From Candidatus Omnitrophota bacterium (GTDB lineage: Bacteria > Omnitrophota > Gorgyraeia > Pluralincolimonadales > Pluralincolimonadaceae): a stretch of 51,023 nt of DNA. Position 1 is the first letter of the stretch; every line of letters begins with the position of its first letter. Position numbers and translations under genes: made by a program. A model generated the notes under the pieces. It was not told the DNA's origin. It worked only from the letters and a program-made list of their open reading frames with translations, and did not search any database. This document shows positions 1 to 10,100 of this stretch, one piece after another. The stretch spans positions 1 through 51,023 of the forward strand of contig JAZDOX010000087.1 of NCBI GenBank assembly GCA_043798215.1, read 5' to 3'.

Positions 1-681
1 AATGCCCTTAAATTTACCGAAGCGCAAAAGTCAGTTACGGTCTCTACCTCTTTCTATGGGACAGATAAAAATTTTATCCAAATTAGCGTTCGGGATGAAG
101 GCGTAGGAATTGAGAAAAAAGATTTTGATAAATTATTTAAAAAATTCCAGCAACTGGATAGTTCTATGACCAGAAAGGTCGCCGGGACAGGTTTGGGCCT
201 GGCTATTTGTAAACAGATTGTTGAGCTGCACGGAGGTAAAATCTGGGTGGAATCAGAATTGGGCAAGGGAAGTAAGTTTAGTTTTATTCTTCCGGTAGCT
301 TATGAGGAGGCGAAGATGGGTAAGAAAATACTAGTTATTGATGATGAAGCGGATTTATGCGCCACGATAAAAGCGCAGTTAGAAGCAAGCGGGTTTAATA
401 TTTTAGCCGCTCTAAGCGGACAGGAAGGGTTGGATAAAGTTAAAGACTATAAGCCGGACCTGGTAATTTTGGATTTAATGATGCCCTTAATGGATGGTTT
501 TGAGGTGTGTAGTAGGCTCAAAAAAGACCCTCAAACCTCTTCTATTCCGATTGTGGTGCTTACGGCGTTGGAGCATGATGATGCGGCAAAAAAAGCCCTT
601 TCCGCCGGTGCAGAGGGGTATTTAGTAAAACCATTTGAGCAGGATGCGCTTTTGTTTACGATAAGGGAGTTTTTAAAATAG
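1..681 (+). CDS. Hybrid sensor histidine kinase, 3' part (HATPase_c plus C-terminal receiver); runs off the left edge
   Basis: Frame is open from base 1: NALKFT (N box), VRDEGVGI (G1), KKFQQLD (F), GTGLGLAI (G2), then receiver ILVIDDE...LDLMMP...LTA...VKPF. Confidence 0.92.
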   Translation, partial: NALKFTEAQKSVTVSTSFYGTDKNFIQISVRDEGVGIEKKDFDKLFKKFQQLDSSMTRKVAGTGLGLAICKQIVELHGGKIWVESELGKGSKFSFILPVAYEEAKMGKKILVIDDEADLCATIKAQLEASGFNILAALSGQEGLDKVKDYKPDLVILDLMMPLMDGFEVCSRLKKDPQTSSIPIVVLTALEHDDAAKKALSAGAEGYLVKPFEQDALLFTIREFLK

Positions 682-740
682 CGTATAGCGTAGAGCGTAT
701 AGCGGATAGTAAAACTAAACGCTATTCGCTAAACGCTGAA
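679..740. repeat. Inverted heptamer arrays (tagcgta)n / (ctaaacg)n
   Basis: tagcgta tagcgta gagcgta tagcgga tag ... ctaaacg ctattcg ctaaacg ctgaa; the two arrays are roughly complementary. Confidence 0.8.
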
Positions 741-754
741 AGAAGGTAATCAAG

Positions 755-1123
755 GTGAATAAAAAGATCCTAATTATTGACGATGAGGCGGATTTTGCGG
801 ATACGCTTTCATTCTCTTTAGAGAGCAATGGTTTTGCGGTTGTGAGCGCCCCGGATGGGCCAAGCGGTATAGAGAAGTTAAAAAGCGAAAAACCGGACTT
901 AATCATTCTTGACCTGATGATGCCCGGGATGGATGGATATGAAGTAGCTAAAAGATTAAAGGCCGATAACGCCACTTCTAAGATACCGATTATAGTGCTT
1001 ACTGCTTCCGTGACTCCGGATTTAAAGCAGAAAGTTTGCTCAATCCAAGCCATAGACTGTGTAACCAAGCCCTGTGATTTGGAGGATTTAGTTGATAAAA
1101 TAAAAAAGGCATTGGAGGGATAA
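755..1123 (+). CDS. Single-domain response regulator (REC)
   Basis: ILIIDDE, ILDLMMPGMDG, LTAS, TKP. Confidence 0.92.
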   Translation: MNKKILIIDDEADFADTLSFSLESNGFAVVSAPDGPSGIEKLKSEKPDLIILDLMMPGMDGYEVAKRLKADNATSKIPIIVLTASVTPDLKQKVCSIQAIDCVTKPCDLEDLVDKIKKALEG

Positions 1124-1124
1124 T

Positions 1125-1514
1125 GTGGATAGATTAAAGATTTTATTGGTTGATGATGAAATGGATTTTCTTGAGACTATGGGCGCAATAATAGAAGGTT
1201 GGGGTTATGGTTTAATTACAGCCGCGAATGGCAAGGAGGCCATTGATGCTGTAATGGCTAAAAAAGCTGACATCGTAGTCTTAGATTATATGATGCCTGA
1301 AATGGATGGGATCGCTGTTTTAAAAGAAATACGTAAAATTGATAAAGAGTTATCAGTGATTATGTTTACTGCGCATCCGGATATTAAAGCAATAAAGGGT
1401 ACGGAGAAATTAGGAGTCAGCGCATTCATTCCTAAATTGAGCGTTTATTCTGATACCAAATCGGCATTAAAAGCAGCTCTTTATATGGTAGAAAAGAGGC
1501 TAAAAAAGGAGTAA
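1125..1514 (+). CDS. Single-domain response regulator (REC)
   Basis: LLVDDE, VLDYMMPEMDG, MFTA, PK. Confidence 0.9.
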   Translation: MDRLKILLVDDEMDFLETMGAIIEGWGYGLITAANGKEAIDAVMAKKADIVVLDYMMPEMDGIAVLKEIRKIDKELSVIMFTAHPDIKAIKGTEKLGVSAFIPKLSVYSDTKSALKAALYMVEKRLKKE

Positions 1515-1520
1515 TCGATT

Positions 1521-1892
1521 ATGGATAAGAAAAAAATCTTGCTGGTTGACGACGAAAAAGACTTAGTTGAAACTGTAATTTTCCAACTGGAGGGCAGTGG
1601 TTATGAAGTTATCGCTGCCTATGATGGCCAAGAAGGATTAGATAAGGCGCGTAAGGATAACCCCGATTTAATTATATTAGATTTAATGCTCCCTAAAATC
1701 GATGGTTTCAAAGTTTGTATGATGCTTAAACGCGATAAGCGTTATATGAAAATCCCTATAATTATGTTTACCGCCCGCGCCCAGGAATCAGATGAGAAAC
1801 TCGGTTACGAATGCGGCGCTAACGCCTACATTACCAAACCTTTTGAGTCCGCTGTTTTGCTCAATAAAATAAAAGAACTGCTTAGCGCCTAA
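1521..1892 (+). CDS. Single-domain response regulator (REC)
   Basis: LLVDDE, ILDLMLPKIDG, MFTA, TKPF; RBS aggag upstream. Confidence 0.92.
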   Translation: MDKKKILLVDDEKDLVETVIFQLEGSGYEVIAAYDGQEGLDKARKDNPDLIILDLMLPKIDGFKVCMMLKRDKRYMKIPIIMFTARAQESDEKLGYECGANAYITKPFESAVLLNKIKELLSA

Positions 1893-1977
1893 TTCTTATT
1901 TTCTCAGACTCTATTTTTATAACAAAATATATTGGGCTTGATATCTTTTAATAATTAAGACCTCCTCGCATTTAACC

Positions 1978-2006
1978 TTGCTTTTATGGTAAAAATAAGG
2001 TAAACT
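1978..2006 (+). promoter_or_regulatory. Putative sigma70 promoter for the efflux operon
   Basis: TTGCTT-17 nt-TAAACT. Confidence 0.5.
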
Positions 2007-2012
2007 TATTTC

Positions 2013-2176
2013 ACTGAGCTACATATAAGTAATGAAAATTTTATAGGCCTATCTTTGGCCTGTTGCGGCGTTACTTCTCCTCGGCGTAGCACTTTGACTA
2101 CGCCTTCGTCGTCGCGCCTTGCATCAGGCTCAAATCTAAGCCTCTAAACCCTTCCATTACTTATACGTAACTCAGT
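2013..2176. repeat. 164-bp imperfect full-length hairpin (MITE-like)
   Basis: actgagctacatataagtaatgaa... pairs with ...ttccattacttatacgtaactcagt; pairing continues to a central ggcgtag/ctacgcc stem. Confidence 0.75.
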
Positions 2177-2242
2177 AGTTTTAAAATTAGAGACGCAAAA
2201 TTCAAGTTGTTGCGAAAAATCCAATTAAGACGGAGGGCAATA

Positions 2243-3349
2243 ATGGATTGGAAAAACTATCTTAAAGGATTTAAGAAGCAAGCCTCACCTAAAAAAGTTC
2301 CTTCAAAACATAAGTATCTGCCTGTATTGACGGTTATTTTACTGGTTCTTCTTGCGATATTTCTTTATGGTCTTATTTCAGCTAAAAAAGAACAAATCAA
2401 AACCCAAAAACTTGCCGTGGAAGTGGCTATGCAGGAAAAGACTGCTGAACCGGCCATTGTAAAAGTGGTTCAAGTTGAGAAACGGGATTTTGAGGATGTG
2501 CTTCCCGCTATTGGCACTATAAGAGGTTATGTTGAGTTTGACTTGAAATTCGAGGTAAATGGCGTCATAGATAAGTTTAATTTTAAGAACGGCAATAAAG
2601 TACAACAGGGTCAGATAATAGCTTTTCTGGATCAGAGGGACCCAACGGTTAGATATAATTACGCGAAAATTAAACTCGAGGAAATGAAAAAATTATATGA
2701 AATAGGCGCGATAATCGAGTCAAAGCTTAAGCAATCTGAGCTCGAAGAAGAGTTGGCTAAGATCGAATTGGAGAAGACCGAGTTAAAAGCGCCTTTTGAC
2801 GGCATTATAAATAATAGAGAGGCCGAGACCGGCAAATTTGTTACCAGTAATGACAGGGTTGCCACTTTTTCGAGCATTGATGAAGTGGTTGCCGAGATCG
2901 GAATTATAGAAAAGGACATCGAAAAGATCAAATTAGGGCAGAGAGCGATAGTCAAAGTTGACGCCTATCCTAATATCGAATTTGAGGGGGAGGTTGATAA
3001 TATCGCCTCCTCGTTTGAGGGTAAAAGCAGAACTCTGACCGTTAAGATAAGGATACCCAATCCGGACGAATTGTTGTTGCCGGGTATGTTCGCGAGAGTA
3101 GTTATTCATATATATGACAAGAAAGACGCTTTGGTTTTGCCTATAACCGCTCTCGAGAAGAAAGAGGAAGAATATCTGGTTTTTATCGTGGAAAATAATG
3201 AAACGGCGAAAGAGCGCAAGGTAAAGGCGGGTCATATATCCACTGAAAACGCCGTTATAGATTCAGGCTTAAGCGAAGGCGAGTTTGTGGTATTCGAGAG
3301 GAGCAGGGATTTGCTCGACGGCGATGCGGTAAAGGTCATAAAAGAGTAG
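2243..3349 (+). CDS. RND efflux periplasmic adaptor (MFP)
   Basis: N-terminal TM helix, ELKAPFDGII, LLPGMFARV, GLSEGEFVV; start moved to ATG 2243 behind RBS ggagg. Confidence 0.92.
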   Translation: MDWKNYLKGFKKQASPKKVPSKHKYLPVLTVILLVLLAIFLYGLISAKKEQIKTQKLAVEVAMQEKTAEPAIVKVVQVEKRDFEDVLPAIGTIRGYVEFDLKFEVNGVIDKFNFKNGNKVQQGQIIAFLDQRDPTVRYNYAKIKLEEMKKLYEIGAIIESKLKQSELEEELAKIELEKTELKAPFDGIINNREAETGKFVTSNDRVATFSSIDEVVAEIGIIEKDIEKIKLGQRAIVKVDAYPNIEFEGEVDNIASSFEGKSRTLTVKIRIPNPDELLLPGMFARVVIHIYDKKDALVLPITALEKKEEEYLVFIVENNETAKERKVKAGHISTENAVIDSGLSEGEFVVFERSRDLLDGDAVKVIKE

Positions 3350-3470
3350 CTAAATTATCGCCTCATTGCCGTTTAGCGTATGTTATTCCCTGCGCTGTCT
3401 CCGCTGGCGCCTTGTGACGGAAAGTCAGTCAGAGATTTATAGATATTATTGCTGTAGGGCTTGTTTCTCG

Positions 3471-3647
3471 AGACTGTGTCGTAATGTAGTTGCCCAATTT
3501 ATTGGGCAGATATATTGTGCTCGATATCATGCCTGAGGCAGGCCCGCCTTTTGCACCAGAGGCGCATCAGCCTCAGGCTGAGGCGGGAATCGAGCAGCTA
3601 CAATATGTTGATGCATTTAGCGGAAGAAAGGGATTGCGACACAGTCT
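3471..3647. mobile_element. MITE family A, copy 1 (TIR agactgtgtc...gacacagtct) carrying a GTAG REP doublet and nested palindromic inserts
   Basis: Homologous to 31758-31873 and 47193-47308. Confidence 0.85.
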
Positions 3648-3744
3648 GGGTGAACGCGCCCTACATTCTGCCAACAGCATAGGCATAATTATGGTATGAG
3701 ATGATTTTTAGCGTTAGATTAATTTTCGCTTGTGGATACTAAAA

Positions 3745-6700
3745 ATGAATATTCCTGAATTTTCAATAAAAAAGCCGGTTACCACCATAATGATATATTT
3801 GGGGTTGGTATTGCTCGGCTTTATTTCTTTACAGCGCCTTCCGCAGGAATTATTCCCGCCCGTTACTTATCCGCAGATTACTATATCCACAAGCTATCAA
3901 AATGCAGCTCCTGAAGAGATAGAGACGCTGCTTACCAAGCCTCTTGAGGAAGTGGTCGGGACGGTAAATGGCTTAAAGAAGATAAACTCCGTCTCTCGCG
4001 AAGGGCTGTCTCTTATTACTCTGGAATTTTCGTGGGATACGGATATGAATTTTGCCTCTTTGAACGTGCGCGAAAAGATAGATTTAGTCAAAGAGATGCT
4101 TCCTCGCGACGCGGATGAGCCTCTGATAGTCCGGTTCAACCCTTTTGAGTTGCCGGTTATGATCTTAAGCGTAACACAAACGGAAAAAGACACCTCTAAA
4201 GGGAGCGATTATTATCAGGCGGAGTTGCTGCATTTTTCAAAGAGATATATTAAAGACAAACTTGACAAAATAGAAGGTGTGGCGTATTGCCGTCTTACCG
4301 GAGGTCTCGAAAGAGAGATATTGGCAGAGATTAATCAGGGCAGATTATTCGCTTCCAGCATCTCCATTTTGGATGTTGACGAGGCGCTTCGGCGCGCCAA
4401 CCTTAATTACCCTGCCGGTTCGATCAAGGGCGATTTTTATGAATATTTGGTTCGAACGATGGGGGAATTTCAAAAAGTCTCGGATCTTAGCGATGTCCCT
4501 GTCAGTTTAGACGAATATACAGATTACGCAAAGATGTTTCAGCCGATGGAAAAACCAAAAGAGCAGAAACGGTTGATCTTGCTTTCCGATATCGGCGTCA
4601 TAAAAGACACCTATAAAGAAGTAACGAGTTATTCGAGATATAACGGCAAAAACAACGTCTCCATCTCTATATACAAACAGTCAGGATCGAATACGGTTGA
4701 TGTGTCCAATAATGTTAAGAAGGCGGTGGATAAATTAAAAGATGAACTGCCTAAAGAGGTTTTTATCAAGACGATTTATGATCAGGCGGATTTTATCAAG
4801 GGCTCGATAAACGGCGTGAAGAACGCGGCTATTATGGGCGCGTTTCTTGCTTTTATTGTCTTGCTTCTTTTTCTGCAGAGTTATCGCACATCTATGATTA
4901 TCGTCATTTCTATTCCAATCTCGATTATAGTCGTTTTTGGATTGATGTATATGAAAGGGATAAGTCTCAATATGATTTCTTTAGGAGGGCTTGCGCTTGG
5001 GGTTGGTATGCTTGTTGACGCATCCATTGTTGTTATCGAAAATATATTCCGCCACGTAGAAGAAGAAAAAGAGGATGTAAAAACCGCTTCTCTTCGCGGA
5101 ACCAACGAGGTTATAGGCGCGATTAATTCCGCGGTATTGACCACCGTTGTAGTATTTTTGCCGATGATATTCGTTATAGGGGTGGTCGGGCAATTGTTCA
5201 AGGAGCTGGCTTTTACGGTTACTTACTCACTTCTTGCCTCTTTGGCGGCGGCTGTTACTTTAGTTCCTCTTATGTGTTCTAAAATTCCGGCGGCGGCTTA
5301 TTTTATAAAGAAAAAACGGAAGGAAACCGCGCGTTACTCGGTCAGTGATAATATATTTAATGCTTTTAACAGTTGGGTCGTGAAGCTGGAAAATGGTTAC
5401 GCCAAGCTCTTAAAAAATTTTTTAAAGAATAAAGAACGCGGCCTGATAATAGTTTTTGTAGTTTTTATTATAAGTTTGGCCGTATTCGTTTTTTTGGATA
5501 AACAACTTGTGCCGCGGGTGGATGAAGGACAATTTACTATTAAGTTGGATATGCCTAACGGAACGCTTCTTGAAGTTACCGACGCTTCCGCGAGAAAGAT
5601 AGAAAAATTATTACTGGAAGATAAGGTCGTAAAGGATGTTACCGTTAATGTAGGTTCATCCAAGGCCGAGAAGATAGGCGAAACATTAGGTTCTCATCAG
5701 GCGGAAATTTTGGTTAACTTGGCAGGAAAGAAAAAGAGGAAGATATCAACCGATGAGTTCATAAGGCAGTTTAAAGAAAAGATAGAAAACCAGAATTTAA
5801 GAGCGGCCAACATCGAGTACCTGATACGCGGAAGCATTTTACAGGCATTAGGCGAAGAACGCGCTCCGGTTGTCATAGAGATCAAAGGTGAAGATTTAAA
5901 GACATTAGGCGCTCTTGCCGAAGAGGTTCAGGGTCAGATAAAGGATATTCCCCGCGTCTATGGAATAAAAAGCAGCGTTGAGGAGACCTCTCCCGAGACA
6001 AAGATATCCATTGTCAAGGATAAAGCGTTTCTGTATAACCTTTCGGTTGCCGATATAGCGAGAGTCGTTCAAGCGGCCTTGAAAGGATATATTCCCACTA
6101 AATTCAAGCAGGAGGGCGAGGAGATAGACATAAGGGTTAGGTTGAGCGCCGAAGACAGGGAAAATTTTTCAAGCCTTGGTCGCTTGATAATTCATTCACC
6201 GCTGGGGGTGAATCTCCTGCTTTCCGATGTGGCAAGTTTGTCTCAGGGCAGAGGGCCGTTTGCCATCAAGAGGTTAGACAGAGAAAGAGTTGTTTTGGTT
6301 TCAGCCAATCTGACCGGCGGCAAACACAGCAGAGTGATCGCCGATGTTTCAAAACGGCTTAAGAAGATAAAGATTCCTTCCGGTTACAGTGTTTCTATGG
6401 GCGGCGAAAGCGAAGAGATGAAACAATCTTTCGCCAGTTTGAGATTCGCCCTGATCCTTTCTTTTATTTTGATTTATATGATAATGGCGGCTCAATTCGA
6501 GTCGTTATGGCAGCCTTTTATTATAATGTTTTCCGTGCCGCTGGGTATGATCGGAGTAGCTGCCGCTTTGCTATTGACAAATACGCCGTTGAGCGTAATG
6601 GCGCTGTTTGGAATTATTATCTTAGGAGGGATTGTGGTTGATAACGGAATTGTTTTGATAGATTACGTGAATCTTCTGATTAGAGAGCGCGGGAAAACGG

Positions 6701-6924
6701 TCTATGACGCCCTCATCGAAGGCGGAAGAGTCAGATTAAAGCCGATTGTTATCACGTCCTTGACTACTGTGCTGGGTCTTGTGCCTCTGGCTTTCGGCAT
6801 AGGCGACGACAGCGGCATCCAGTCGCCAATGGCTATTACGGTGATCGGAGGTATGCTCGTTTCCACTTTTCTTACGTTGCTTGTAATTCCCGCGATATAT
6901 TTGATATCGTATGAAAGAAAATGA
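3745..6924 (+). CDS. AcrB/AcrD/AcrF-family RND permease (paralogue 1)
   Basis: ~1060 aa; SIKKPVT, GLALGVGMLVDASIVVIEN, RLKPIVITSLTT; start likely ATG 3745. Confidence 0.95.
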   Translation: MNIPEFSIKKPVTTIMIYLGLVLLGFISLQRLPQELFPPVTYPQITISTSYQNAAPEEIETLLTKPLEEVVGTVNGLKKINSVSREGLSLITLEFSWDTDMNFASLNVREKIDLVKEMLPRDADEPLIVRFNPFELPVMILSVTQTEKDTSKGSDYYQAELLHFSKRYIKDKLDKIEGVAYCRLTGGLEREILAEINQGRLFASSISILDVDEALRRANLNYPAGSIKGDFYEYLVRTMGEFQKVSDLSDVPVSLDEYTDYAKMFQPMEKPKEQKRLILLSDIGVIKDTYKEVTSYSRYNGKNNVSISIYKQSGSNTVDVSNNVKKAVDKLKDELPKEVFIKTIYDQADFIKGSINGVKNAAIMGAFLAFIVLLLFLQSYRTSMIIVISIPISIIVVFGLMYMKGISLNMISLGGLALGVGMLVDASIVVIENIFRHVEEEKEDVKTASLRGTNEVIGAINSAVLTTVVVFLPMIFVIGVVGQLFKELAFTVTYSLLASLAAAVTLVPLMCSKIPAAAYFIKKKRKETARYSVSDNIFNAFNSWVVKLENGYAKLLKNFLKNKERGLIIVFVVFIISLAVFVFLDKQLVPRVDEGQFTIKLDMPNGTLLEVTDASARKIEKLLLEDKVVKDVTVNVGSSKAEKIGETLGSHQAEILVNLAGKKKRKISTDEFIRQFKEKIENQNLRAANIEYLIRGSILQALGEERAPVVIEIKGEDLKTLGALAEEVQGQIKDIPRVYGIKSSVEETSPETKISIVKDKAFLYNLSVADIARVVQAALKGYIPTKFKQEGEEIDIRVRLSAEDRENFSSLGRLIIHSPLGVNLLLSDVASLSQGRGPFAIKRLDRERVVLVSANLTGGKHSRVIADVSKRLKKIKIPSGYSVSMGGESEEMKQSFASLRFALILSFILIYMIMAAQFESLWQPFIIMFSVPLGMIGVAAALLLTNTPLSVMALFGIIILGGIVVDNGIVLIDYVNLLIRERGKTVYDALIEGGRVRLKPIVITSLTTVLGLVPLAFGIGDDSGIQSPMAITVIGGMLVSTFLTLLVIPAIYLISYERK

Positions 6925-6926
6925 TT

Positions 6927-7081
6927 GTAGGGGCACAGCGTGCTGTGCCCATAATAAACACAAATTGAATGAATTTATTGCGATGCCCAATCATTCTGTT
7001 CACGGAATAATAATCGTAGTGGGCAGCCCCCTGTGCCTGCCCGATAATTGACAATGGGCAACCACAGGGGGCTGCTCCTAC
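6927..7081. repeat. Three GTAG-type REP palindromes
   Basis: gtaggggcacagcgtgctgtgccc (6927-6950); gtagtgggcagcc...tgccc (7016-7042); gggcaacc...ctcctac (7056-7081, reverse). Confidence 0.85.
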
Positions 7082-7090
7082 GAATGACGA
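6962..7090 (+). pseudogene. Internal remnant of a REP-associated tyrosine (Y1/HUH) transposase
   Basis: Translates KLNEFIAMPNHSVHGIII, then after a 1-nt shift AAPCACP...GQPQGAAPT; resembles the RAYT MPNHxHGII motif. Confidence 0.7.
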
Positions 7091-7102
7091 AGAACACATA
7101 AA

Positions 7103-10100
7103 ATGTCCTTACCCCAATTTGTTATAAAAAAACCTGTTACCATATCTATGTTTTTTCTTGCCGTGCTCCTGCTTGGATTGATCTCTCTTACGAGATTACC
7201 TGTGGAACTTTTACCCGACACAAATTCAACAAAAATAACTATTATGGTAAATGTCCGCGGCGGAATTCCCCCGACCGAGATAGAAAATAGCGTTACCAAA
7301 CCCATAGAGGACGTCATAAGCGACGCGAATAAACTCAAAGACATTCTTTCTATGTCCAAGGAGGGTCGCTCGGAGATTGTGCTTAGGTTCGAGCCGGGAA
7401 CAAATATGGATTTTGCCACTATGGAAGTGCGCGAGAAATATGATCAGGTAAAGAATAAATTGCCGAGGGAAGTCGAGAAACCGGTTATTGCCAGATACGA
7501 AGAGACTGATGAGCCTATAGTTATACTGGCGGTAACCAGCCAGGTTTACTCGCCGGAGCTCTTAAGAAAAGTTACGGACGATAAGGTAAAAGGGGAACTT
7601 GAAAAAGTAGAAGGCGTTGCTAACGTCGAGATATATGGCGGCAGAGAGAGAAAAATTCTGGTTGAGACAAGCCAGCCGAGGCTGCAAGCTTATAGGATGT
7701 CTATAATGCAGCCCGTTAATATGCTCGGAGTAAGCAATTTAAATCTACTCGCGGGCGAAATTAAAAAGACAACCGAGAAATCTCTTATTAGAACAATAGG
7801 AGAGCTTAAGGGTATTTCGGAGATAGGCGAGTTGGGAGTCTTCGTAACAGAGGAAGGCGGTATAATCAAATTAAACGATATAGCTTCCGTAACCGATTCA
7901 TTTCTTGAAGCCAAAAGCATAGCCCGTGTTAATAGCGAGCCGGTGGTCACCATTTATATACAAAAAGAGAGCGGAGCCAATACAATAAAGATTGCCGATT
8001 CCATAAAGAAGCAGCTCAGTATAATCAGAAGTAAAATAGACAAAGACATAAAGATTAATTATATATCCGATCAAGCGGATTTCATAAAAGCCGCTATTAA
8101 GAACGTCATTGTCGCCCTTATTATAGGGGCAATATTATCCGCTATCTGCCTATGGTTTTTCCTGAAAAATCTAAGAGCCACTTTCATTATAGCCATATCA
8201 ATTCCTATATCGGTTTTAGCCACTTTCACCTTGATGTATCTAATGAAAATAAATCTAAATGTAATGACCTTAAGCGGTTTGGCTCTCGGCGTAGGTATGC
8301 TGGTGGATAATTCGGTGGTTGTCATAGAGAACATAGTCAGAAAGAATGAAAGCGGAATGAACCTGACAGCCGCCATTATCTCGGGAACTGAAGAGGTTAT
8401 AATGGCTATCGTAGCTTCCACCCTTACTACGGTCATCGTCTTTTTTCCGCTCGTTTTTGTTAACAAGAATATTCAGACGCTTTACAGCGGCTCCGCCATG
8501 ACGATAGTATTTTCGCTTTTGGCGTCGTTGATTGTGGCTGTTTTTTTAGTGCCTATGCTTGCTTCCAAAATTAATATTGAAATAATGAAGGGAAGAAGAT
8601 TAAATAAATTATTGATGTTTTACAGGAAGTTTTTCAGGCTGGCCCTGAAGAATAAGGGGAAATTTTTGGGAGTCGTGTTTCTTTTATTTTTGGCGGCCCT
8701 GTTCGGGCTTACCAGAATGGACAAGGAATTTATAAGTCCTTTTGAGGAGGGGAGGTTTACGGTTTTTGCGAAATTGGAAGCGGGCGCCAAACTGTCTTTG
8801 ATGGATGATATGACGAAGGAAATTGAAAAAGTCGTCTCTTCCGCTCCCGAGCTTAAGACTATGACGGTGCACATAGAGGATTGGTCCTCGAGGATTTATG
8901 TTAACTTAAAGCCTCTCTCAGAGAGAAGAAGAAGCGTAAGCGAAGTTATAGACTGGCTTAGGCCTAAACTGAAAGAAATCGAGAAGAAATATAAAGGGGG
9001 CTTTGTCTATTTTTCGGAGGCCCAGGAAGGCAATAAGTCAAGAGAACTTATTATTGATTTATTTGGCCATGATTATAACGTGATAGATAAGCTTGTCTCT
9101 GAGGTTGGCGGAAGGGTTGCGGAAGTAAAGGGTATGGTTGATATTAAAAGATCCATAGAGGAAGGCAGGCCGGAGTTAAGGATTATTGTGGATAGAAAAA
9201 AAGCGGCTATGTATGGCTTATCGGTAGAGGATATCGCCGATAATCTGCACGCTATGTTAAGAGGTCTGGTTGCCACCTATTACCGCACCGAAGGCAGGGA
9301 GATAGAGGTTATAGTCCGTTTAGATGAAAAATATAGAGATACGGTGGATAAAGTCCGAACATTAACTTTAATCGGAAGCGAAGGCCAGCCGGTTTACTTA
9401 GAGCAGGTAGCCTCCATTAAATTCGACATAGGCCCTTCTGAAATATGGCGCAAAGATAAAAAGAGAATGATCGAGGTAAGCGCCATATCTTCCAAATTTT
9501 CCTTGGATAAAGTTATCGCGAAACTTAAGACTACACTTCCCGCTATTTCTTTTCCCAAAGACTACTTCTATAGGTTTGGAGACAATTACGAGATTATGCA
9601 GAGAAACAAAAGAGAGCTGTCTTTCGCGCTTATCTTAACCCTTCTTTTAGTATATATGATAATGGCCTCTCTCTACGAGTCATTCTACTACCCTTTGATA
9701 ATTATGCTTACCGTGCCAATGGCTATGATAGGCGTTGTTAGCGCTTTGTTAATTACCCACACACCTATAAATATAGGTGTCACTATCGGCTCTATGGTTT
9801 TAGGCGGTATAGTGGTCAATAATGCGATAATTCTTATTGATCATATAATAAACTTATTAAGGGGTAAAGGCTTTAATCTTTATAAAGCTGTTATAATAGG
9901 TTGTGAAGACAGGTTAAGGCCGATTTTAATAACGAGCTTGACTACGATATTCGGAATGGTGCCTCTTGCTGTTTCCAGAAGCGAAGGCTCGAGTTTGTGG
10001 GCGCCGTTAGGCGTTACCGTCATAGGAGGGATGATAAGTTCCACGTTCCTGACTTTATTTATTATACCGGTGATTTTGATCATTTTTGACGGCGCCATTT

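Noticed and set aside
2013-2176. 6S RNA
   Set aside because: Size and promoter position fit, but there is no clear large central bubble and the wobble pairs favour the opposite strand. Not fully excluded without an Rfam scan.
3490-3699. Short ORFs over repeats (also 6872-7099, 15624-15836, 20388-20573, 32785-33249, 34659-34959, 42484-42732, 46293-46481)
   Set aside because: They are translations of palindromic elements, with no recognisable RBS or domain.
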